Positions 49,905 through 60,426 are shown, counted from the first letter of the whole stretch. The stretch is DNA of 60,742 bases, filler included, from a candidate division TA06 bacterium SM23_40 (GCA_001303705.1; 6 parts of 6 records of this genome joined end to end with filler, not necessarily neighbours in it); one strand, 5' to 3'. Numbers and translations are program-made. The notes: a model not told the origin generated them from the sequence alone.

Positions 49905-50300
49905 GCCCGGCTTGCCTCCCGTATCGCCGCTCCCTATACCCAGCGAAGCCTTCTGCGCCAACTGATTATAGAATGATGCCTTCGATGTCCCGACCAGCTG
50001 TGCGCCCCCTCTAGAGTCGAATCGTGCCCATGACGGATCACGTTCCATCCCGCGGGATCATGCCATTCACGGATCACGCTTCGCGTCCTCATCGGGCATC
50101 ACGCCGTCGCTCCCGTGCCCATCGCGCCCGTGCCCATCGCGCCCATGTTCCACCCCGCGTGACATCCCGAATGCAGAACTTCCCGCACACACTCCCCGCC
50201 CGGCTCACCTGTCGTGTCGCCGCTCCCTACACCCAGCGAAGCTTCGTGCGCAACCGATTATAGAAAGATGCCTTCGATGTCCGGACCAGCCGTGCGCCCC
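49905..50300. repeat. About 103-bp diverged direct duplication of the nadK 3' end (49905-50008 vs 50198-50300) with short repeats between
   Basis: Manual alignment about 85% identical with one indel. Confidence 0.85.
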
Positions 50301-51087
50301 GCGCCGCCTTGTGCACGACGATCCTGTCTCCCGGCTTCAGGTCGAACCCGCGCTGCCCGTCGGCGGTGAGCATGACATTACCGACATCGGAAGAGAACTC
50401 GATCGTGACCGTCTCCTGGGCGCTCACGATGACCGGCCGCACCCCGAGCGTGTGGGCACAGATGGGAGCGATCAGGATCGTCTCCACACCCGGGTGCACG
50501 ACAGGCCCGCCCGATGCGAGGGAGTAGGCCGTCGAGCCCGTAGGGGTGGCGATGATGATGCCGTCCGCCTGGTATTCCGAAACCTCGTGGCCGCTGACCC
50601 AGGTCGTCAGCGTGATGACGCGGGAGAAGGCGCCGGTCGCGACCACAACATCGTTGAGCGCGTAGGATCTGCCCACCTCCTTCCCCTCCCGCATCACTGC
50701 CGCCTGAAGCGCCATCCGGCGTTCTATTTCGTACTCGCCCTTCATCAGGCGCTCGAGAGTGGAGTACAGCTCAGCTTCCCCCACATCGGTGAGGAATCCG
50801 AGGCTCCCCAGGTTGACGCCGAGAACCGGTATGGGGTGCTTCGAAACCAGGCCTGCCGCCGACAGAACTGTGCCATCTCCCCCCAGGGAGAGCACCATGT
50901 CGGCATGCCGCCACCACTCGCCCGGGTCAACCTCGAGGTCGGGGCGGGAGATCTGCCCGGCGGCCTCTCCCGTCGTCACCACCTCCATGCCTCGCGACTC
51001 GAGCCAGGATACCGCCTCCTGGAGCAGACGGACAACCCCGCTCTTCCTTAGATTAGGCAGGATGGCGACCCTGTTCACTGGCTTCAT
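50227..51087 (-). CDS. nadK: NAD kinase
   Basis: GGDGT, NLGSLGFL, ALND, DG..ATPTGSTAY. Confidence 0.96.
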   Translation of the reverse strand: MKPVNRVAILPNLRKSGVVRLLQEAVSWLESRGMEVVTTGEAAGQISRPDLEVDPGEWWRHADMVLSLGGDGTVLSAAGLVSKHPIPVLGVNLGSLGFLTDVGEAELYSTLERLMKGEYEIERRMALQAAVMREGKEVGRSYALNDVVVATGAFSRVITLTTWVSGHEVSEYQADGIIIATPTGSTAYSLASGGPVVHPGVETILIAPICAHTLGVRPVIVSAQETVTIEFSSDVGNVMLTADGQRGFDLKPGDRIVVHKAARGARLVRTSKASFYNRLRTKLRWV

Positions 51088-52001
51088 CGTTCGCCTCTCG
51101 GCGTCTGCCGGTGGGACCTTGTTCGTGCCAGTATTATACGTTCCTTGTGAGCGTAGTCGTGTATCGTCTTCGGGTATCCATAGGGCCCCAATGAGCCGAT
51201 CAGTTCGGATACTGCGTCGGCCTGCGCCTCGCCCACCTCGAACGCGAGAAGCCCGCCCGGCATCAGGAGGTGGCGACCCTCGCGCACAAGTCTCCCGAGC
51301 ACGGCGAGGCCATCGTCACCGCCGTCGAGCGCCACGCGGGGCTCGTGGTCACGGACCTCTCTGGGAAGCTGGCCGATTTCATGGATCGGGACGTATGGTG
51401 GATTGGAGACGATCGCATCGAGCCGACTCCGGTACACCGGAAGGTCGAACGGCGCGTACAGATCGCCCTGTGCGAACGTGATGCGATCTCCCACCTGATG
51501 AAGGTGCGCATTCTCGCGAGCGCAGTCGAGGGCATCGGATGATATATCCGATGCGAGGAGGCGTGCACCGGGAACGAGCACAGCGAGGGCCACGGCGATG
51601 TTCCCGCATCCGGTGCCCACGTCGAGTACGAGCGGGGAGGCAGCGTCGGCAAGCTCCGCGACGACGGCATCGACAAGCACCTCCGTCTCCGACCGTGGAA
51701 TGAAGACACGCCGGTCCACCTTGAGGACGAGTCCCATGAACTCGACGTCGCCTACTATGTATTGAAGCGGAACGCCCTCACACCGCTGCTCGATCCCCTG
51801 ATAGAGCCAGACGCGATCCTCGGGACCGACTGCGAGATCCCCCTCGAGGTAGAGCTCGCTCCGCGAGACGCCGAGTCGGTGGCAGAGCAGGAGCTCCGCC
51901 TCTCTGCGCGGGGATTCCACCCCGCACAAACGAAGGCGGCTCTCGGCCTCGAGCACCAGGGCGCGCCTCCCGATCTCCTCGCCGGATCCGCCATGTGCCA
52001 T
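51084..52001 (-). CDS. prmC: Release factor glutamine methyltransferase
   Basis: PLQYI, IPR.ETE, LDVGTG.G, NPPY; follows prfA. Confidence 0.94.
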   Translation of the reverse strand: MAHGGSGEEIGRRALVLEAESRLRLCGVESPRREAELLLCHRLGVSRSELYLEGDLAVGPEDRVWLYQGIEQRCEGVPLQYIVGDVEFMGLVLKVDRRVFIPRSETEVLVDAVVAELADAASPLVLDVGTGCGNIAVALAVLVPGARLLASDISSDALDCARENAHLHQVGDRITFAQGDLYAPFDLPVYRSRLDAIVSNPPYVPIHEIGQLPREVRDHEPRVALDGGDDGLAVLGRLVREGRHLLMPGGLLAFEVGEAQADAVSELIGSLGPYGYPKTIHDYAHKERIILARTRSHRQTPRGER

Positions 52002-52011
52002 CAAAGACCTC

Positions 52012-52783
52012 TCAGCTCGCCATCTCCGCCTCGAGCATCTGCCGCTGGTCGCTCGCGGCAAGATTGCCGATGATCTCATCGAGGTCCCCTTCGAGCACCG
52101 AATCGAGCTTATACAGCGTGAGGCCGATGCGGTGGTCGGTGACTCTCCCCTGGGGGAAATTGTACGTGCGGATGCGTTCGCTCCGGTCCCCGGTGCCCAC
52201 CTGCGATCGCCGCGTGTGTGCGATCGTCTGATCCTGCTGCTCTTTCTTCTGGTCGAACAGCCGGGCGCGGAGGACCTTCATCGCCTTGGCGCGATTCTTG
52301 TGTTGCGAGCGCTCATCCTGGCACGTGACGACGATGCCGCTCGGGACGTGAGTGATCCTCACCGCGGAGTCGGTGGTATTCACGCCCTGCCCGCCAGGAC
52401 CTGTGGAACGGTATACCTGTATGCGAAGCTCCTTCGGATCGATGTCGATATCGATCTCCTCCACCTCCGGCAGCACCGCAACCGTAGCGGATGACGTGTG
52501 GATCCGCCCGCCCGATTCGGTCACAGGCACGCGCTGCACGCGGTGGACGCCGCTCTCATACTTGAACGCGCGGTACGCGCCGTCGCCCTCGACGAGGAAG
52601 ATGATCTCCTTGAATCCCCCCACCGTGGTCGGATGGGAGCTCAGGGTCTCTGTCTGCCAATTCCGCCGTTCGGCATACTTCGAATACATCCGGTAGAGAT
52701 CGCCGCAGAAGAGCCCTGCCTCATCGCCGCCCACGCCGGCCCGGATCTCTACGATGGTATTCCGGTCGTCATTCGGATCTGGC
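52012..52783 (-). CDS. prfA: Peptide chain release factor 1, 5' truncated
   Basis: PVT motif, [12 protein letters not shown]. Confidence 0.96.
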
Positions 52784-52883
52784 NNNNNNNNNNNNNNNNN
52801 NNNNNNNNNNNNNNNNNNNNNNNNNNNTTAATTAATTAANNNNNNNNNNNNNNNNNNNNNNNNNNNNNNNNNNNNNNNNNNNN
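52784..52883. other. Artificial contig spacer
   Basis: N44-TTAATTAATTAA-N44. Confidence 0.98.
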
Positions 52884-52979
52884 CGCTCCGCCCCTTCACG
52901 CCAGGCTGCACCACGAGCTCTGTCTTTCTCGTCGGGCATCGAATTGGCCATTGTTGCTCTGTCCTCTCGTTCAAGACCC

Positions 52980-53677
52980 CTAGCTTGGGCTGCCCGCGGA
53001 GGCAGTTTCCTCTCTCCGCACACAGTCCAACACGGGAGTCGCAGGCACCAGTTCCGTCCCAATTTTCAGCCGTTTGGGATCAATCCCGAACGCCAGTCCC
53101 ATCAACTGTGTGAAATACAGGATCGGCACGGCGAACTTCTTCCGAAACTCCCGGCTCACCTGGTTCTGATAGCACTCGAGGTTGATCTGACATAGTGGAC
53201 ATGCCGTGGCAATCACGTCAGCGCCGCCGTCGATTGCACTCTGCAGAAGCTCGCGTAACATGCCCAGAGCGGCTTTGCGATTCGTGGCAACCAAAGACCC
53301 GCCGCAGCAGCGGAGCCGCGCCGGGTAGTTGATCGGATCGGCCCCAATCGCCGACAGAAGATCCTCGAAGAATCGAGGCCCCTCCACGTCCTCTGCGTCT
53401 TCACCCTCTTTCCGCGGACGCATCATTTGACACCCGTAATAGGGAGCTACGCGCAGACCCTTCAAGGGAACCGACACCGCTTCCTTGATCGCATCCAGAC
53501 CCACATCATTGACGAACACTTCCATGAGGTGATAGACGCCGATGGAACCCGAGTAGTGCAGATCGTCTTCCTCGAGAGCGTAGTTGATGGCTTGCGAGCC
53601 GTCTCCAGTGCGGAAACGTGGTAGCTCGTGGCCATCGTTTCTAGCGAGCAACCCGGGTAATACGCATACGTTTTCAT
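52980..53677 (-). pseudogene. hdrB: Heterodisulfide reductase subunit B with internal deletion and frameshift near 53593
   Basis: YAYYPGCSL start overlapping the hdrC stop; second half PYYGCQ, CCGG, ACPLCQ.NL, YFTQL in another frame; first CCG motif missing. Confidence 0.85.
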
Positions 53678-54237
53678 GCGATCCCTTCCACCGGCATGAT
53701 CCTGTTTACCATTCGACGGAAGCTCTTGATCCTCTTGATCTTCGGCGGTATGAGCACCATCCTGCCCTTGCGCAGGAGCTTGAGCCCCATGCTCATCTCG
53801 CGGAACAGACCCAGGAATCCGTTGCGGAAAATGAACGCCGTCGCATATCCAGGCTCGTAGGACTTCCCGGTACGAATGATTGTCCTGACAAAGCGCCGCG
53901 AGAATTCCGGTCCGATCATCCCTCTCTTGTACTGCCTCTTCCAGATCGAGTAGCGCTTTAGAGCATACATCAAGTCCGCAGGACGAATGCCTTTCGGACA
54001 ACGCTCGGAACACGCATAACACGACGCGCAGGTCCAGAACGCGTTGCTCGCAAGCACCTCGTCCCTGAGATCAGCGTTGATCATGGCGATCAGCTGACGA
54101 GGCGTGCAGTCCATGTAGTCAACGGCCGGACAGGCCGAAGAGCAGGTTGCACACTGGACACAGCAATTGAGCGGTTTGCCCTCTGCAGAGTACAGGAGGT
54201 TGGAGACCTCCTGGCTAAACGAAGGTTTCGTATGCAT
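53674..54237 (-). CDS. hdrC: Heterodisulfide reductase subunit C
   Basis: CxQCxxCSxxCP and WxCxxCxxCxxRCP clusters. Confidence 0.9.
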   Translation of the reverse strand: MHTKPSFSQEVSNLLYSAEGKPLNCCVQCATCSSACPAVDYMDCTPRQLIAMINADLRDEVLASNAFWTCASCYACSERCPKGIRPADLMYALKRYSIWKRQYKRGMIGPEFSRRFVRTIIRTGKSYEPGYATAFIFRNGFLGLFREMSMGLKLLRKGRMVLIPPKIKRIKSFRRMVNRIMPVEGIA

Positions 54238-54245
54238 GCGGTCTC

Positions 54246-54671
54246 CTAACGGCTAGCCTTTCCCTTCCGCGTTGCCGCAGCATCCAGTAAGGATCGCACC
54301 CTCTCGAGAAGATGTTCCGGCTCGACCGGTTTCTCGACGAACTCATCCACCGGCACATACCCGGGATGCACGCCCTTGCCCGGAAAGAGAAACGCGATCT
54401 GTTCCCGAATGCCGGTGATGATCAACACCGGCAGCTCCTTGAGCTCCGGATCCTTGCGGATCTTGCGGGCCATCATGATGCCTTCGGCACCTCGGCCCAT
54501 CATGATGTCGAGCAGCAGTAGGTCGTAAGCTCGGCGCTTCAAGGCCTGAAAGCCGTCCTTGGGGTTGTACGCTACGTCAGTTTCGTAGTCGGCGCCTTCA
54601 AGAATGGCCCTGATACCCTCGACAAAATCGGGGTCATCGTCGACAATCAACAGTCTCTTTCGTTCGCTCAT
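54246..54671 (-). CDS. Single-domain response regulator
   Basis: LIVDDD, LLDIMM, KP. Confidence 0.9.
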   Translation of the reverse strand: MSERKRLLIVDDDPDFVEGIRAILEGADYETDVAYNPKDGFQALKRRAYDLLLLDIMMGRGAEGIMMARKIRKDPELKELPVLIITGIREQIAFLFPGKGVHPGYVPVDEFVEKPVEPEHLLERVRSLLDAAATRKGKASR

Positions 54672-54733
54672 CCCCCACCTCCCTTGGGAGGACGATCCAG
54701 CAGGCCCTGTCCACCGAAAGCTACTTGCACAAC

Positions 54734-55831
54734 TTAGCCCTCGATGGCAGGCAGAGTGATCACAAACGTGCTTCCTTCACCAAGCTTGCTCTGCACCGAG
54801 ATCGAACCGTCATGAGCCTCGATGATGCGCCGGCTGATGGCCAATCCCACCCCCAGACCGCTTTCAGCACCCTCAGCCGACTTGGCTCTGTACAGACCAT
54901 TGAAGATGAACGGCAGGTCTTCCTCCGATATGCCCACGCCCGTGTCCGACACTGATATCACTACCTGGTTGTCCTTGCGTTCCCACGCAATAGACACCTT
55001 GCTCTCCGTGGGCGAGTACTTGACCGCGTTGCCAAGAACATTCACCAGCGCTTCCGTGAGAGCCCCCTCGTCGCCCATCACCTGCCCCGCAGACTCCTCG
55101 ACGGATGTGACGATCTCGATGTCTTTCCTGACCGCTTGCGGTAGGACGCTCTCGACTGCCTTCTCGATCGCCGAACTGACCGCAAGAGGCTGGTAGTTCT
55201 CCTTCATTGCTTCGATATCGACGGACATCCCGCGCAGCCACCGGTCAACCAGCTGCAGCAGATCCTTGATGCGGGTCTTCATTCGGTCCAGTCGCCGCTT
55301 CTGATCCTCGCTTGCCGTGCCTGCCAACTCCTGCTCCAGGACGAACATGTTCTGCTGTACCGCGCTCAGAGGACCCTTGAGCTCATGCGACACGATGGCG
55401 GCGAAGTTCTCCCTCAGCAGCTCTCTCTCCCTTCGCAGCGCCATAGTTTCCAGAACCAGTGTTCTCTTCTCCAGGCCCCTTCGAGTAATCAGGCGGAACT
55501 CGTCCGGCGTAAACGGTTTGGGAAGAAAGTCGTAGGCACCTTTCTTCATGGCCTCGACGGCGGAACTCACGGTCGCATAGCCGGTGATGACGATCGTGAC
55601 AACGGTGGAATCATGCTCACGGATCTTCTCCAAGACTTCGAACCCGGAGATCCCGGGCATTTTCAGGTCCACAAACACCAGATCCGGGCGGAATTCTTGC
55701 ACCAGCTTCAACCCCCGACCCCCGTCTGTCGCCGTGGTGATCTCGTAGTCGGACCCTTGCAGAATCTCGGTGCACGAATCCAGAACGACTTCCTCGTCGT
55801 CGATAATCAAGATCTTCTGCCCGTTCTCCAC
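54734..55831 (-). CDS. Hybrid receiver-histidine kinase
   Basis: REC domain (IDDE, VDLKMP, KPF), SHELKGP, NAVKY, DTGVGI, GLGVGL. Confidence 0.92.
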   Translation of the reverse strand: MENGQKILIIDDEEVVLDSCTEILQGSDYEITTATDGGRGLKLVQEFRPDLVFVDLKMPGISGFEVLEKIREHDSTVVTIVITGYATVSSAVEAMKKGAYDFLPKPFTPDEFRLITRRGLEKRTLVLETMALRRERELLRENFAAIVSHELKGPLSAVQQNMFVLEQELAGTASEDQKRRLDRMKTRIKDLLQLVDRWLRGMSVDIEAMKENYQPLAVSSAIEKAVESVLPQAVRKDIEIVTSVEESAGQVMGDEGALTEALVNVLGNAVKYSPTESKVSIAWERKDNQVVISVSDTGVGISEEDLPFIFNGLYRAKSAEGAESGLGVGLAISRRIIEAHDGSISVQSKLGEGSTFVITLPAIEG

Positions 55832-55836
55832 TTGTC

Positions 55837-57714
55837 CTACGATCCTTCCTCGGCTTCCTCATCCACTGCCACGGGAAGCCGAATAGTGAAAGTCGTTCCG
55901 TGGCCTACCTGGCTCTCCACCGAGACGCTTCCCTTGTGCTCTCTGATGATCCCGTAACTGATCGCCAGACCCAGTCCCGTCCCGTGCCCGACTGCCTTGG
56001 TGGTGAAGAACGGATCGAAGATCCTCTCCACGTTCTCTTCACTGATCCCATGACCGGTATCTGTGAACTCCACCTCGATGACCTGTTCTGTCGAATCGAA
56101 TCGACTCGCCACTATCAGCCGCCCACTGCCGTCCATTGCCTCGGCGGCATTGATGATCATGTTCATGAAGACCTGCTGCATTTGTGAAGGGTCGACCACG
56201 ACCAGCGGCAGGTTCCCGTTCCAACTCTTCACGATCTCGATGTTGTGAAACAGCGCCTGGTTCTCGACCAGTGACACACATTCCTCCAACACCGAATTGA
56301 CATCAGAGAGCTTCTTCTGCGGCTTGCGCGGCCGCTTCTCGATCGACCCGGTCATCGACTCATCGCAACTCCTCCTCTCCAAGAGCAGATGAGAATACGT
56401 GACGATTCCCTGTAGCGGATTGTTCAGCTCATGCGCCACATCCGCGGCGAGCTGCCCGATGACCGCTAATCGCTCCGACTCCATGATCCTCTTCTTCGTG
56501 TACTCCGCGAGCTTCTCATCCCGTGCCTTCAACGCAGAGGCCATGATATTGAAGGCCTCTGCAAGCTCGGCCAGCTCGTCGTCCGATTGCACCTCGACCT
56601 TCGCGTCGAGATTGCCGTGCGCCACTTGCCAGGATGCCGACACGAGTTGCCTGATCGGGCCCAACAGTCTCTTCGAGAACAGGTAGGACAAAGCGATTGC
56701 CAGAAGAGCGCCGGCGAGGGCGATGCCCAAGAAGAGAAGTACGGTCCGCCTTTTCAGTGCCAGGTATGGTTCCTCCAGGATCCCCACATAGAGGATGCCG
56801 ATGATTCGGCCGTGTATGTCCCGGATCGGCTCGTAGGCGCTGATGTACCAGTTGTTCACCACATAGGCACGGCCAATCCACCGTTCGCCTTCCCGCACAA
56901 CACCCTCGTATACCTCCTCGGCCACGCGGGTCCCGATCGCCCGCGTACCGTCTTCATTCAGAACATTCGTCGAGATCCTGACATCATCGTTGAAGATGGT
57001 GGCCGTGCCGATATCTCGGCCCTCGTACTTCGCACCTTGAAAGACAGTCTCCTTGATCTTGTCAACGATCTCGTAGCGTCGGTTCAGCAGAAGCCCAGCG
57101 TAGAGAACGCCAATCACGTTGTCGTTGTAGTCGACGATCGGAGCGGCAGCCTTCAACATCATGCCCGTTGTCTGCTCCGTTTCCTCTCTGGGCCGCGCCC
57201 TGGGCGTCTCCACCAACTCGCAATAGGCTTGCTCGGCCACATGGGGGCAGTCTTTCTGCAGTGCCTCCGCAGACACGATGGTCGTTGCGGCGACCGGTTC
57301 CCTTCCCTCAAGCACGGCTCGGATAAGGTCATCATCTGCTTGGCTGTCGCCCGCTACAAGCGGATTGGTCGCGCGGAACAGCACAACGCCTCTGCCGTCC
57401 GTTACCGCGACGACGTCCAGTCTCTCTCTCGCCCACAGATCGGTCAGCTCATCGGCAGCGCGCCCGATCTCTCCGCTCAGTATGGCATCTCTCAGATAGA
57501 AACGGTGTGCCGTGAAGCGAATCACGTCCGATACGTGACTCAGGTAGTTCAGGTAGATCTCCCAAGCAGCGTTCAGATCCGTTGCGACTCTGCTCTGGGC
57601 CTCGGCCACGACGCGGTGCTCAATAATCCGAATCCCCACCACGCTGAAAATCATGCTGACGACCACGATGATCAGCAGGAAGCTCGACATCAGCCTGATG
57701 GCGATTCGTCTCAT
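55837..57714 (-). CDS. Cache-HAMP sensor histidine kinase (DHp second helix appears deleted in frame)
   Basis: [18 protein letters not shown] cache motif, [25 protein letters not shown]. Confidence 0.9.
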   Translation of the reverse strand: MRRIAIRLMSSFLLIIVVVSMIFSVVGIRIIEHRVVAEAQSRVATDLNAAWEIYLNYLSHVSDVIRFTAHRFYLRDAILSGEIGRAADELTDLWARERLDVVAVTDGRGVVLFRATNPLVAGDSQADDDLIRAVLEGREPVAATTIVSAEALQKDCPHVAEQAYCELVETPRARPREETEQTTGMMLKAAAPIVDYNDNVIGVLYAGLLLNRRYEIVDKIKETVFQGAKYEGRDIGTATIFNDDVRISTNVLNEDGTRAIGTRVAEEVYEGVVREGERWIGRAYVVNNWYISAYEPIRDIHGRIIGILYVGILEEPYLALKRRTVLLFLGIALAGALLAIALSYLFSKRLLGPIRQLVSASWQVAHGNLDAKVEVQSDDELAELAEAFNIMASALKARDEKLAEYTKKRIMESERLAVIGQLAADVAHELNNPLQGIVTYSHLLLERRSCDESMTGSIEKRPRKPQKKLSDVNSVLEECVSLVENQALFHNIEIVKSWNGNLPLVVVDPSQMQQVFMNMIINAAEAMDGSGRLIVASRFDSTEQVIEVEFTDTGHGISEENVERIFDPFFTTKAVGHGTGLGLAISYGIIREHKGSVSVESQVGHGTTFTIRLPVAVDEEAEEGS

Positions 57715-57779
57715 TGCACCACTCTTACCTGCCCAACACCTACTCCACCGGTCCGCAACTCCCGCGGTTCACCGGAACG

Positions 57780-58754
57780 TCATGTGGTCTCCAATTTCTT
57801 CCGTCGCAGCAGCGAGGCGGGCAGGCTGTAGCGATAGAAGGTACCCACCGGGTCAGGGATCCGCTCCACGATCCTCGCGATCTTCGCCTCGTCGTTGCTG
57901 TCAATCATCGAAGTGATGGCGGCGAGAAACTTGGCGCCTTGATCTTTCACCCGGCTGGTGGGGCCGAAGCAGCCAGTGCAAGGCATGTTCCCTTTGATAC
58001 ACAGAGCCTCGCAGCCGGCGCGCGTCGCCGGACCCATGCAGAGCAACCCTTGCGCCAGCAGGCACTTGTCCTCTTCGATCACGACCTCGTGCGGACGCTT
58101 GAACTCCGTCAACGCGAGGGTCTCCGGCTTGGTGTCTTTGCGCGGGCATTCCTCGCACAGCGCGTAGTCGGGGGCCAGCACGGTTCCCTTCGGCGGTAGC
58201 TCCCCGCTCAGCAGCGTCTCCACCGCCTGCCAGATGATCTTCGGTGTCGGCGCGCAACCCGGTATGTAGTAGTCCGTGTCCACCACCTGATCGAGGGTCC
58301 GGACGGTATTGAAGAAGCCGGGCAGGGTCACGCTGTAACCGTCCTCCTTATGCTCCGTCTCTGGGAAGACTCGATCCGGATTCTCGGTGCTGGGAGATTC
58401 CACATACACCGTCTCGAACACGCTGCGCCGGTCCCACAGATTGGCCAGGCCGGGGATCCCGCCCAGGTGCGAGCAGGAGCCGAACGCGATGAGCAACTGC
58501 GACTTCCTGCGCAGTAGCTCAACCATCTCCTCCTGCTCAGTGGTACGGATCGCGCCATTCACAAAGGTCGCGAGGATCGACCCGTCCTCCATCGCCTCCA
58601 CGTCCTTGCGCTTGAAGTCCAGTGCCACAGGCCAAAAGACGATGTCCACGGCTGCGACCACATCGAGGATCTTCTCCGCGAGATCGACAACCGCCTCCTC
58701 ACAGCCGCCGCAGGAGGCGCACCAATAGAACGCGACTTTCGGCTTGTCACTCAT
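57780..58754 (-). CDS. mvhG: F420-non-reducing hydrogenase small subunit
   Basis: CASCGGC, GSC...GGIP, IPGC.P, C..C..CL...G..C.GPATRAGC, PC.GC. Confidence 0.9.
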   Translation of the reverse strand: MSDKPKVAFYWCASCGGCEEAVVDLAEKILDVVAAVDIVFWPVALDFKRKDVEAMEDGSILATFVNGAIRTTEQEEMVELLRRKSQLLIAFGSCSHLGGIPGLANLWDRRSVFETVYVESPSTENPDRVFPETEHKEDGYSVTLPGFFNTVRTLDQVVDTDYYIPGCAPTPKIIWQAVETLLSGELPPKGTVLAPDYALCEECPRKDTKPETLALTEFKRPHEVVIEEDKCLLAQGLLCMGPATRAGCEALCIKGNMPCTGCFGPTSRVKDQGAKFLAAITSMIDSNDEAKIARIVERIPDPVGTFYRYSLPASLLRRKKLETT

Positions 58755-58996
58755 GCGACGCTCACCCCCTCGGCGAAGTCCTCAGACGGGACCGCGAGAT
58801 TGAGTGGGCCCAAGGCCTTGAGCTTCTCCACCATGTCATCCACGGCCCACTTCAATCGCTCGGCTTCCGACGCAGAGATCCACTCGAGACGGAAACGCTC
58901 CTCCTCGATGCCCATATCTTTCAGCATCCGCTTGAGCAGGTTGTAGCGCCGCAACGCCTTGTAGTTCCCCTCCTGATAGTGACAGTCGCCGGGATG
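58751..58996 (-). CDS. mvhD: MvhD/FlpD iron-sulfur subunit, 5' truncated
   Basis: HPGDCHYQEGN, R.RLEWISASE, LGP. Confidence 0.92.
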   Translation of the reverse strand, partial: HPGDCHYQEGNYKALRRYNLLKRMLKDMGIEEERFRLEWISASEAERLKWAVDDMVEKLKALGPLNLAVPSEDFAEGVSVA

Positions 58997-59096
58997 NNNN
59001 NNNNNNNNNNNNNNNNNNNNNNNNNNNNNNNNNNNNNNNNTTAATTAATTAANNNNNNNNNNNNNNNNNNNNNNNNNNNNNNNNNNNNNNNNNNNN
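58997..59096. other. Artificial contig spacer
   Basis: N44-TTAATTAATTAA-N44. Confidence 0.98.
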
Positions 59097-60290
59097 GGAA
59101 TCTCCCTGATACATAACGGGAATCTCACCAACTACAGCGCCCTTAAGGACGAATTGTACAGGCGGGATTTCCGGCATCTTGACTCGACCTGCGACGCGGA
59201 AGTGATACTCAATGTCCTTGCCGATGAGCTCTCGAGGGAGCAATTGCGGCACTTCTCTCCGCAAAGTGCGTTCAGAGCCGTGCGACGCGTCTCCGTGAGA
59301 ATCGAGGGGGCGTATTCAGTTCTGGCGATTGTCGGGAGCAAAGGTATGTTGGCCTTTCGCGATCCTCTGGGGATCAAACCGGCCATTTTTGGCCGTAATG
59401 AGGATGGATGGGCCTTTGCCTCGGAGAGCGTCGCCCTCGACGTACTCGGGTACGAGGTGCAGCGTGATGTTCGGCCGGGAGAGGCGATATTCGTCGACCC
59501 CGAGGGAAGCTTCCATTCTGAGCAGCTCTTTCCTCCCAGACCGCGACACTGCATCTTCGAATGGGTCTATTTCGCACGTCCGGACTCGGTGATCGATGGC
59601 CTCAGCGTGTACGAGACCCGCCTCCGGCTCGGGCAGGAGTTGGCCAACGTCTGCCGCGAACAGGGAATCAGCGCCGATGTCGTCATCCCCGTGCCCGATA
59701 CAGCCCGGGCTGCTGCGCTCTCGCTTGCCGCTGCCCTGGGGGTCACATTCCGCGAGGGACTGATCAAGAACCGCTACATAGGCCGGACCTTCATCATGCC
59801 CGGGGATCGGCTGCGGAGAGCCTCGGTACGGCACAAGCTCAACCCGATCAAGTCGGAAATCGCCGGGAAGAGGGTACTTCTCGTCGATGACAGCATCGTG
59901 CGAGGAAACACGTCACGGGAGATCGTCTCCATGGTGAGGGAGGCTGGGGCCAAGGAGGTGTACTTCGGCTCGTATTCGCCTGCCCTCAGGTATCCTTGCG
60001 TGTACGGCATCGACATGTCTACCAGAGGAGAGTTCATCGCCCGCGACAAGTCGACCGACCAGATCGAGCAAATGATCGGAGCCGACCGCCTCATCTACCA
60101 GACGATACGCGGCCTGGAGTCCGGTGTGGCAGGGGGCGAGGAGCGGCTCGGCACATTCTGTATGGCCTGCTTCGATGGCCACTATCCCACCGAGATCTCC
60201 AAGAAGGTCTTTGCGACCATAGAGCAGGAGCGGAACCTGGCACATACCAGACTGGCCTCCGCTCCGGACGGCGAAGAACAGGATTTTTAG
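59097..60290 (+). CDS. purF: Amidophosphoribosyltransferase, 5' truncated
   Basis: HNGNLTN, CIFEWVYFARPDS, RYIGRTFI, VDDSIVRGNT, YGIDM, C.ACF. Confidence 0.97.
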   Translation, partial: GISLIHNGNLTNYSALKDELYRRDFRHLDSTCDAEVILNVLADELSREQLRHFSPQSAFRAVRRVSVRIEGAYSVLAIVGSKGMLAFRDPLGIKPAIFGRNEDGWAFASESVALDVLGYEVQRDVRPGEAIFVDPEGSFHSEQLFPPRPRHCIFEWVYFARPDSVIDGLSVYETRLRLGQELANVCREQGISADVVIPVPDTARAAALSLAAALGVTFREGLIKNRYIGRTFIMPGDRLRRASVRHKLNPIKSEIAGKRVLLVDDSIVRGNTSREIVSMVREAGAKEVYFGSYSPALRYPCVYGIDMSTRGEFIARDKSTDQIEQMIGADRLIYQTIRGLESGVAGGEERLGTFCMACFDGHYPTEISKKVFATIEQERNLAHTRLASAPDGEEQDF

Positions 60291-60302
60291 GGGCTTTTGG
60301 GG

Positions 60303-60331
60303 TTGACAGTCCAGAAGGGTACCCTTACATT
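60303..60331 (+). promoter_or_regulatory. Promoter TTGACA-17-TACATT for the tRNA cluster
   Basis: Near consensus, 20 nt before tRNA-Thr. Confidence 0.75.
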
Positions 60332-60351
60332 AGTGATTCAGGTCTCTCGCG

Positions 60352-60426
60352 GCTGGCGTAACTCAGTGGTAGAGTAGCTGATTTGTAATCAGCCAGTCGG
60401 GGGTTCGAGTCCCTCCGCCAGCTCCA
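60352..60426 (+). tRNA. tRNA-Thr(TGT)
   Basis: Cloverleaf, anticodon arm GCTGA-TTTGTAA-TCAGC, TTCGA, CCA. Confidence 0.96.

Noticed and set aside
49905..50300. DGR template/variable repeat pair
   Set aside because: Mismatches are not restricted to adenines, there is an indel, no reverse transcriptase is present, and the target is a housekeeping kinase
52884..52951. Start of hdrA after hdrB (MANSMPDEKD..)
   Set aside because: Only about 22 codons before the contig end, with no diagnostic motif
57715..58996. Selenocysteine read-through in the mvh genes
   Set aside because: Visible ligand positions are Cys codons; the short ATGACGTTCCGGTGA after mvhG does not continue into an MvhA-like sequence
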